Shown here piece after piece: positions 56,664-64,000 of a stretch of DNA of 64,000 nt. The notes beneath the pieces were generated by a model. That model saw nothing but the letters and a program-made list of their open reading frames with translations, had not been told where the DNA came from and ran no database searches. This DNA is from an uncultured Methanosarcinales archaeon (GTDB lineage: Archaea > Nanobdellota > Nanobdellia > Woesearchaeales > SKGA01), in the NCBI GenBank assembly GCA_964430665.1, contig CAYSFC010000001.1, forward strand, positions 361 to 64,360. Reading direction: 5' to 3'. How positions within the stretch are numbered: the stretch's first letter is position 1; every line of letters begins with the position of its first letter. A program made the translations under genes and the position numbers.

Positions 56664-58439
56664 ATGATTAAAATGTCAATTAGAAGTCCAATTGTATCTG
56701 TTTTGGGTCATGTCGACCATGGAAAATCTTCTATTCTCGACGCTATTAGAGATTCTAATATTTTAGCCACAGAAGCAGGAGCAATTACCCAAGCAATAGG
56801 TGCTTCAATTATCCCTGTAGAAACAATAAAGGCAAAGAGTGGTTCTTTATTGAACAAAATGGGTGTTAAATTAACTATACCTGGATTATTATTTATTGAT
56901 ACACCTGGACACGCCGCTTTTACATCTTTAAGAAAACGAGGAGGCAGCTTAGCAGATATAGCAATTGTTGTTATTGATATTAATGAAGGTTTTAAACCAC
57001 AGACTTTGGAAGCTATTGAAATTCTTAGAGCTGCAAAAACTCCTTTTATAATTGCTGCAAATAAATTAGATTTAGCTCCACGATATAAAATTCCTCAAAA
57101 TAAAGAAACTCCAATTTTAAAACAAATAAATGATCAAGATCCTCAAGTTATAACATATGTTGAGACAAAGATGTATGAGATTGTTGGAGTGATGCATGAA
57201 AAATTTGGTATGGAAGCGGAAAGGTTTGATAGAATTTCAGACTTTACAAAGCAAGTTGGAATAATTCCTATTTCTGCAAAGATGAAATTAGGTTTATCTG
57301 AACTTTTGATGGTTGTAAGTGCATTAACTCAAAAATATTTAGAAAATAATTTACAATTAGATACTACTAGTTATGCAAAAGGTTCAATTCTTGAAGTTAA
57401 AGAGGAACAAGGTTTGGGAACAACTTTAGATGTAATAATTTATAATGGTAATTTAAAAGTTGGAGATACTATAGTTATAGCGGGAATAGATTGTCCTATA
57501 GTTACAAAAGTAAGAGCTCTTTTCGAACCTGCACCTTTAAGTGAAATGAGAGATAAAAAATCTAACTTTAAAGCAGTTAAATCTGTTGTTGCTGCAACAG
57601 GAGTTAAAATAAGTTGTCCTGATATTGATTCTGTTCTTTCAGGAATGCCTTTAGTTTCTTGTTCACCAGATAAAATAGAAGAAGCTAAAAAAGAAGTTCA
57701 AAAAGAAATTGAAACTGTTAAAGTTGAAACTGTTGAGAAAGGTCTATTAATTAAAGCGGACAATATAGGCGGTCTTGAAGCATTGGCACACATTTTAAAA
57801 GAAAAAAACATACCTATTAGAAAAGCCAGAGTAGGGCCAATATCTAAAAAAGATTTTATTGATGCAGAAGCAAGCTTTGAAACGAATAAGTTAAATAGCG
57901 TTATATTAGGATTTAATATTCCTAAAGAAAAATCAACAAACAAAGTTAAAGTTTTTACAAGCGAAGTAATTTATCACATAATTGAAGAGTATGAAGAATG
58001 GATTGAACAAGAGAGAAAACGTATGGAAGAGGAAAAAATCAAAGATCTTTTCAAGCCATGTAAGATAAAAATTCTTCAAAATTGCATATTTAGACAATCT
58101 AATCCATGTATCGCTGGAATTGAAGTGTTAGAAGGTACATTAAAGCAAAACATGGAATTGATGAAAAAAGATGGTTCTAAATGTTCTCATGTAAAGAGTA
58201 TTGGTAGTGGAAAAGAAAATTTATCTTCAGCAGAAAAGGGAAAACAAGTTGCAATAGGAATTCCTGGAGTTACAGCGGGAAGACAAATACATGAGGAAGA
58301 TATATTATACTCAGATATGAATGAAACACAATATAGATTATTAAGAGATAATAAAAAATTGTTGAAAGAAGATGAAATTGAGTTGTTGAAAGAAATTGCA
58401 GATATAAAAAGATCTCAGAATCCTCTTTGGGGTGCGTAA
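56664..58439 (+). CDS. infB: translation initiation factor aIF5B (IF2 homolog)
   Basis: G domain GHVDHGKSS, DTPGH, NKLD; 590 aa. Confidence 0.85.
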   Translation: MIKMSIRSPIVSVLGHVDHGKSSILDAIRDSNILATEAGAITQAIGASIIPVETIKAKSGSLLNKMGVKLTIPGLLFIDTPGHAAFTSLRKRGGSLADIAIVVIDINEGFKPQTLEAIEILRAAKTPFIIAANKLDLAPRYKIPQNKETPILKQINDQDPQVITYVETKMYEIVGVMHEKFGMEAERFDRISDFTKQVGIIPISAKMKLGLSELLMVVSALTQKYLENNLQLDTTSYAKGSILEVKEEQGLGTTLDVIIYNGNLKVGDTIVIAGIDCPIVTKVRALFEPAPLSEMRDKKSNFKAVKSVVAATGVKISCPDIDSVLSGMPLVSCSPDKIEEAKKEVQKEIETVKVETVEKGLLIKADNIGGLEALAHILKEKNIPIRKARVGPISKKDFIDAEASFETNKLNSVILGFNIPKEKSTNKVKVFTSEVIYHIIEEYEEWIEQERKRMEEEKIKDLFKPCKIKILQNCIFRQSNPCIAGIEVLEGTLKQNMELMKKDGSKCSHVKSIGSGKENLSSAEKGKQVAIGIPGVTAGRQIHEEDILYSDMNETQYRLLRDNKKLLKEDEIELLKEIADIKRSQNPLWGA

Positions 58440-58504
58440 ATTCTGCAAAAAGGGGTTTAGAATACAGATACTGAACACCTCTCACTGAAAATAGGTAAAC
58501 TGAA

Positions 58505-58975
58505 ATGATTGGGAAAATTACAATATTAAATAGTAAAGATAGAAAAATTCTTCTTCAAACATTAAATGAAATTTACGGAATAGAAGAATTGCCTGAATTA
58601 ACTTATTTTTATCAAAATAAAAAAGAAAAATTATATGTAGTGAATAAAGAAGTTTTTGAATATGATTTACATGAAATAAGAACTAATGCGATGGGTTTGT
58701 ACATTGGTACATTTATGGTTGATGGTTTTAGATTCTCAATAGATGGTTCACAAATATTTGGAAAATTAGCTAAGAAAAATATTTTTGATGTTAGTGAGAA
58801 AGAAAGAAATGAGTGGATTAAAGGAGAAGATTTATTTTGTGAAGAATTTGAAAATGAATATGTTTTAATTAAGTGTGGTGAAGATTTCTTGTGTTCTGCA
58901 AAAGTAAAAGATGGCATTATTAAAAATCATGTTTCTAAATCAAGAAAACAAAAAAAAGTTTTTGGTGAAGATTAA
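58505..58975 (+). CDS. hypothetical protein, weakly Nip7/UPF0113-like RNA-binding
   Basis: weak resemblance only. Confidence 0.3.
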   Translation: MIGKITILNSKDRKILLQTLNEIYGIEELPELTYFYQNKKEKLYVVNKEVFEYDLHEIRTNAMGLYIGTFMVDGFRFSIDGSQIFGKLAKKNIFDVSEKERNEWIKGEDLFCEEFENEYVLIKCGEDFLCSAKVKDGIIKNHVSKSRKQKKVFGED

Positions 58976-60012
58976 ACAACATTTCCGAAAAGAGCATTTA
59001 ATATTAACATGAATATTAAATAAAAGAATACAGAACTAAATGCAAATAAAGGTATGTATTTTAGTCCATTTCTAATATCTCCTTTTTCAATTATAGATAT
59101 AATCATAGAAGCACCTATTGAAATTATGGACAATGCCGCAACAGAAAATTGTCTAAAAACATTTGTATCAATTTCACTATTGAAAGACAAACCTATATCT
59201 AATGTTGCTGATGACAAAGAACCGGCCAAAGAAGAAGTAAAACCAAGTATTATAGTTAAAAGTTGATATGCCAGCGCGAACAAAGCAGGACTTATAACAA
59301 CCACAATACTTCCAATAAAAATTATATATGAAACTGTTGCTGCAGCCATTTCGGCTTTCAAAGATTTTGTTTTTTTCAAATTGTCAATTATTTTATCAAT
59401 AACATCAACAATTCTACCTCCTGAAGATAGTTCTCCAACAATTAATTGTATATTTCTTCTAAGATTAGGTGAATTATATTTATTTCCAAACTCCATAAGA
59501 GCTTCTCCTAAATCATTACCAGTCATTACTTTTTTTGAAACTAAAGCCATTTCTTGAGCCAATATTCCAAATTCAGGCCTTATTGCTGCCCAAAGAGATT
59601 GTTCTATAGATAATCCTCCTTTAATGTTTGCAGAAACTAATACTAAAAAATCAGGTAATTCGTCTTCTATCTTACTTATTCTTTTGAAAATTTTAACGTT
59701 TAAATTCAAGTAAAATCCAATTATTGTTAAAGTTATTATTAGGCCTTGGATGAGTGCCCAACTGAGAAAAGATAAGATAAAAACTGCGAACAAACCTTTT
59801 CCTTGAATTAAAGGACCATAAACAAACCCTACAAAAATAAAGTAAGTGAGTGCTGCAGACAAAATAAATAAAATTCCAAAAAAAGAATATGGTACTGCAT
59901 TTATACCTGCTTTAGATAAATATCTTCTCAAGTCAGATCGTATATCTTTGTTGAAAAGAGTCTCAGGTACAAACGCTTTTCCAAATTCTTCTAATATTGA
60001 TTTTTGTGACAT
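58972..60012 (-). CDS. type II secretion system F-family (TadC/FlaJ-like) polytopic membrane protein
   Basis: TM topology and position directly downstream of the FlaI/TadA-like ATPase. Confidence 0.55.
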   Translation of the reverse strand: MSQKSILEEFGKAFVPETLFNKDIRSDLRRYLSKAGINAVPYSFFGILFILSAALTYFIFVGFVYGPLIQGKGLFAVFILSFLSWALIQGLIITLTIIGFYLNLNVKIFKRISKIEDELPDFLVLVSANIKGGLSIEQSLWAAIRPEFGILAQEMALVSKKVMTGNDLGEALMEFGNKYNSPNLRRNIQLIVGELSSGGRIVDVIDKIIDNLKKTKSLKAEMAAATVSYIIFIGSIVVVISPALFALAYQLLTIILGFTSSLAGSLSSATLDIGLSFNSEIDTNVFRQFSVAALSIISIGASMIISIIEKGDIRNGLKYIPLFAFSSVFFYLIFMLILNALFGNVV

Positions 60013-60013
60013 T

Positions 60014-60823
60014 TTAAACTTCCATATCTGGCCTTGCCGATTTAAAAAATGTTATAAACATAAATTGAATAAAAATTAATACCATTAATATAATTAAAAA
60101 AACCATAAAATCCATGCTAATAGACAAAAGAGATGCAACAACTACAAATAAAGTCATACCTAAAGAAGGAACAATTATTGCCAAAAGCATATAAAACATT
60201 GTTAATGAAGATAATTTTTTACCATATCTCATAATTTCAACTAATTGAGCTTCAGCAATTTCGTCAACAGTAGCTTGTAAAAATTGTGTAACATCAATAC
60301 CTATTTTAAGTGCATTTGTTATTTGAAATAAAATTTGTTTTAAGTGTCTTGAAGGACAAAAACGAGTTGCTTTATCTAAAGATTCTTCGAGAGTTGAACC
60401 CAACTCTACATCTCGAATTATTTCTCCAAAATAACTTGAAGCCACACCATAATTTTTGGAAACATCTTCGATAGCACCTATTAAAGGATCACCACCACTT
60501 AATTTAATTAATAAAAACCTTCCCGCAAATAAAACTCCTCGATCTATTTCTTTGGCCTTTCTTGAAATGATTACATCTATTTTTTTAATGTTCATATTAT
60601 AGAAAAATAATCCTGTTAGTATACCTACCAAAAGCGGCCAACCTATTTTGAAATTATCTTTTCCCATAAAAAATACTGTTAAGACTGCAAAGAAAAATCC
60701 AAACATAACTCCGTTAAAAATTGATTTTTTTATATATTCTTTAGGTTTTATCTTTAACTTTGCAATTATTAATTTAACTTTCAATTCAGGATGTTTAGAA
60801 AGCAATAAATTGATTAAAGACAT
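60014..60823 (-). CDS. type II secretion system F-family (TadB/FlaJ-like) polytopic membrane protein
   Basis: as above; start overlaps the ATPase stop. Confidence 0.55.
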   Translation of the reverse strand: MSLINLLLSKHPELKVKLIIAKLKIKPKEYIKKSIFNGVMFGFFFAVLTVFFMGKDNFKIGWPLLVGILTGLFFYNMNIKKIDVIISRKAKEIDRGVLFAGRFLLIKLSGGDPLIGAIEDVSKNYGVASSYFGEIIRDVELGSTLEESLDKATRFCPSRHLKQILFQITNALKIGIDVTQFLQATVDEIAEAQLVEIMRYGKKLSSLTMFYMLLAIIVPSLGMTLFVVVASLLSISMDFMVFLIILMVLIFIQFMFITFFKSARPDMEV

Positions 60824-62325
60824 TAAACCCCTCCATGTTTGTTTAGATAGTCTTCAAAAGTTTCTGTATTTAAAATTCCTAAATAATATTGTGACATAAT
60901 TAAACCAATTGTTTCAATATCATAATATTTTTTATCTAACATCCATTCAAGAATTCTTTCCTTATCCATAAGATCTTCCTGAATTTGTTTCTCAGTCATA
61001 CCACTATAAAGTCTTAATCTTTTGTAGACAACTTGAGATTCATTTAAATCTTGTAAAATATCTTCATTAACATTTAACTGTTGTATAACATTGGGATCTC
61101 CATTTGGAAGAATTTCGGCTATTTGTAAAGTTCTTCTTTTACCTGAACGTCTATTCCTGTTTTGTACGACAACTAAACCAATCGATCCAACCATAGGTTT
61201 AGGAATTTCAATTGGAGGGTTTGTTAAACGAACTATTGTTTCTTCAGCATTATTTGCGTGAATGGTTGCATATACTGAATGACCTGTATGCATGGCTTCA
61301 AACAATACTCTTGCTTCTTCTTTACGTCTAATTTCTCCAACAATTATTCTATCAGGTCTCATACGTAATGAATTTACAAGTAAATCAAGCATTGAAACTC
61401 CCCCTTTTCCTTCAGGGTTTGGTAATCTGGTTGCCATTGGAACCCAATGTAATTTTTTAGGTAGAACTAATTCTCGAGTATCTTCTATTGAAATGAGTCT
61501 TTGATTTGGAGGAAAGAAATTTGCAAGAACGTTGAGCATAGAAGTTTTACCAGAACCAGTACCTCCTGCGATAAGTATTGAAAATTCATTTTGTATTGCA
61601 AACCAAATAAATGCTGCAGATTGTAATGATATTGTTCCTGCTTCAATAAATTTAGTTATTGTCCACGGATCTTTTGCGAACTTCCTTATAGTGATTGTAT
61701 TTCCTTTTGATGAAATAGGATTTATAGTTGCATTAACCCTATCTCCAGATTTTAAGTGAGCGTCCATTAAAGGAGCAAGATTAGTAATTTCTTTACCAAC
61801 ATCTCGACCAATCATTGAAGCGAAATGTCTAATTCTTGATTCAGTTACAACCTTTATATTTGTGTCAACCCAGCCAAATTTTTTATGATATGCTCTAACA
61901 GGTTCTTTATGATTGTTAATAACTATTTCTTCTAAATTTTCGTCTTCGAGAAGAACGTCAACTTTACCAAAACCTAAATTTTCTTCAATTAAATAGTTAA
62001 TTAGCATGTCTTTAGTTGCATCTTCGATTTTAGGAAAATATTTTGAGATTAATCCACTTATTTCATAACGGAATTTTTTTTGTATTTCACTAAAATCATT
62101 TGATTCAAACTTTTCAACAGATTCTAAATCAACTTTCTCAATAAATTCTTGCCTTATTTTTTCTAAAATTAATTTTGTTGTGTCACTAATATTTGTTATT
62201 TCAATTAAATAATCAGGAACTGGTTTTTCTCTATCTTGAACTATTTGTATTTCTACAATTATTGAATTTACATGAATTGAATATTTGTCAAGCAATTTTG
62301 TTCCTTCTTTATTTTCTGATACCAT
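60823..62325 (-). CDS. type IV pilus/archaellum assembly ATPase (FlaI/TadA/VirB11 family)
   Basis: Walker A GGTGSGKTS, Asp box, Walker B, His box of secretion ATPases. Confidence 0.8.
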   Translation of the reverse strand: MVSENKEGTKLLDKYSIHVNSIIVEIQIVQDREKPVPDYLIEITNISDTTKLILEKIRQEFIEKVDLESVEKFESNDFSEIQKKFRYEISGLISKYFPKIEDATKDMLINYLIEENLGFGKVDVLLEDENLEEIVINNHKEPVRAYHKKFGWVDTNIKVVTESRIRHFASMIGRDVGKEITNLAPLMDAHLKSGDRVNATINPISSKGNTITIRKFAKDPWTITKFIEAGTISLQSAAFIWFAIQNEFSILIAGGTGSGKTSMLNVLANFFPPNQRLISIEDTRELVLPKKLHWVPMATRLPNPEGKGGVSMLDLLVNSLRMRPDRIIVGEIRRKEEARVLFEAMHTGHSVYATIHANNAEETIVRLTNPPIEIPKPMVGSIGLVVVQNRNRRSGKRRTLQIAEILPNGDPNVIQQLNVNEDILQDLNESQVVYKRLRLYSGMTEKQIQEDLMDKERILEWMLDKKYYDIETIGLIMSQYYLGILNTETFEDYLNKHGGV

Positions 62326-62326
62326 T

Positions 62327-63889
62327 TTACAACTCTAAAGCTTCTTTTAATCTTATTTTTATTGAATTATCCAAAGGATGTTTTTTAGCAAGAGGGACTA
62401 ATAATTTTAAGGCAGACAATTTATCTCCGTTTTTTATTGCATAAATTGCATCAAAATATTCTTTTGAAAGAGGATTTTTATTAATTTTGTGTTTTTTCTC
62501 AGGAACATCTTTAACTTCATTGTTGAAGTAATTTGTTTTTTCTTCAAATTCAATTTTTTTAGCAATTTTAGACATGTAATCTGCAACTTGTTTAAGTGTT
62601 TTTATTATTGATTTCTTTTGTTGTTCAGATTTTTTTATTTTTTTTGTCAATTCTTTTATTATATTAAAAACTTTACGAGCTTTTAGATAATCTTTATTTT
62701 TTAAGGATGACTTTAAAATAGGCATTTGTTTATCTATTTCGTAAATTATAAATGAATCTCCTTGAGATATTAGATTTATTTTTTTGAGTTCTGGAATTTT
62801 ACTAATGTCTGTAGGAATTGGTTCAGAAAACTCTTTTATTTCCTTTAAATTTTTAAATTTTTCATCATTTTTTTCTTTTAAAATATTTTGTATTTCTTTA
62901 TCAATTAAATCTTCAACTTGAGAAGGATTTAAACCTTTATTTAAATTTTCTTTGTATTCGGGATTGGAGTCTAAGTTTGCTAATTTTTTCGATAATATTT
63001 GAGTTAAATTGGTAAATAATTGTTTATTTTCATATAGTATTTGTTTTCTTAACTCTTCTATATTTTTTATTTGTTGTTCTTTTTGAATTTTTTCTGTTTT
63101 CGAATAACTATTCTTATTTACGCCAGTTAATTCTTCTTCTAATTTCTTTTGTTTTTCTTCTAACTCTTGTTTTAATTTATTTAAATCAACATCATTTTGA
63201 GAATTTGAAATGTTAGAGAATTTTTTCGAAAGAGAGTTAGATAATTCTTCGAATTGTTTTTTATTTTCTTCAAGAACTTTATCTCTTAATACTTTAAAGT
63301 GTTTTTCTTGTTCTTCTTCTTGTTTTCTTTTCATTTCTAAATAAACTTTTTCACTTTCTTTTTCTAGCTGTTGTTTAAATTGTAATAGATATCGTTCTCG
63401 TTTTTGTTCTTTATCTAGATCTTCAAAATCTAGTGGAGCATTCATAAAAGGTAAAATAAAACCTCCTCCTCTTGAGCCACCACTCATCTGATCTATATTC
63501 GCGTTTTGTATATGCATTGATGCAGTTTTTAATGTTTGTTTAAATGATTCTTCTTCAGTTTCTTGTTCTTCAGTATCATTTATCCCATTTTTAAGTTCAT
63601 AATCTTTTATTTTATTTAAGATATTTTTTATTACTAAATCTAGTGAAGCTCTTCTTGGACTTTTTCTAGCTAATTTACCATATATACTTTTGACTTTTTT
63701 GTAAATTGTTTTTGCTTTGGATAAATCATCATCATTTAAAGCAATATCTACCTCTGTTTCATAATCAACGTCTCCAAATAATGCGGATTCATCATCACGA
63801 ATTATTGGTTTGAAAGTCTTTGTAACAGACATTCGAGAATCTAAGAAATTTAATATGTCTTCTTCCAAAAAATCATGTAAGGATTTCAT
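62327..63889 (-). CDS. long coiled-coil K/E-rich protein, first gene of the pilus-assembly cluster
   Basis: heptad-rich low-complexity sequence; 2-nt spacing to the ATPase. Confidence 0.4.
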   Translation of the reverse strand: MKSLHDFLEEDILNFLDSRMSVTKTFKPIIRDDESALFGDVDYETEVDIALNDDDLSKAKTIYKKVKSIYGKLARKSPRRASLDLVIKNILNKIKDYELKNGINDTEEQETEEESFKQTLKTASMHIQNANIDQMSGGSRGGGFILPFMNAPLDFEDLDKEQKRERYLLQFKQQLEKESEKVYLEMKRKQEEEQEKHFKVLRDKVLEENKKQFEELSNSLSKKFSNISNSQNDVDLNKLKQELEEKQKKLEEELTGVNKNSYSKTEKIQKEQQIKNIEELRKQILYENKQLFTNLTQILSKKLANLDSNPEYKENLNKGLNPSQVEDLIDKEIQNILKEKNDEKFKNLKEIKEFSEPIPTDISKIPELKKINLISQGDSFIIYEIDKQMPILKSSLKNKDYLKARKVFNIIKELTKKIKKSEQQKKSIIKTLKQVADYMSKIAKKIEFEEKTNYFNNEVKDVPEKKHKINKNPLSKEYFDAIYAIKNGDKLSALKLLVPLAKKHPLDNSIKIRLKEALEL

Positions 63890-64000
63890 ACTGAGTTTTG
63901 TACTTTCGCTTTATATGATTTCCACAAAGTACTTATGTCTTTTAAATTTCTTTTTTCCGATTCACTCTTAAAAAAATCTTCGAATTTGTTTAATTCTGTT
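63886..64000 (-). CDS. partial ORF (C-terminal end; continues beyond window)
   Basis: open frame from window edge ending ...KSYKAKVQNSV, TGA overlapping the downstream start codon. Confidence 0.2.
   Translation of the reverse strand, partial: TELNKFEDFFKSESEKRNLKDISTLWKSYKAKVQNSV

Overview
Very AT-rich archaeal chromosomal segment (by eye roughly 25-30% GC), gene-dense on both strands. It encodes archaeal/eukaryal-type ribosomal proteins (S24e, S27ae, L31e, L39e, S19e, S3Ae, L41e), Spt4 (RpoE''), RpoE', aIF5B, SerRS, ValRS, RNase HII, tRNA-modification enzymes (TrmI, Dus, SelU-like), a type IA topoisomerase, an XPD/Rad3-like helicase, SepF, MetAP2 and bacterial-type iPGM. There are five tRNA genes, two with canonical-position introns, plus an archaeal type IV pilin and a separate FlaI/TadBC-like pilus-assembly cluster, and many small secreted or membrane proteins. 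This combination suggests a small-genome, possibly DPANN-like, archaeon; that is inference only. No CRISPR array, rRNA gene, integrase or transposase was seen. Most notable: (1) an intron-containing tRNA whose anticodon reads UAU (tRNA-Ile for AUA), a rare archaeal decoding solution; (2) at two separate tRNA loci, direct duplications of the tRNA 3' end enclosing scrambled or decayed tRNA-derived sequence; (3) an 87-aa N-terminal remnant of the diphthamide enzyme Dph2 abutting a DHH phosphoesterase gene; (4) a tandem pair of ExeA/GspA-like P-loop ATPases, one degenerate with a Zn ribbon, next to a RimK / retropepsin-like protease pair; (5) a Fic - HD - Nudix - SPFH cluster beside a SelU-like gene; (6) a KA-repeat histone-H1-like protein encoded by tandem DNA repeats; (7) a Cys-rich small ORF bracketed by ~22-bp direct repeats. 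Two ribosomal protein genes (L39e, L41e) absent from the ORF track were recovered by manual translation.
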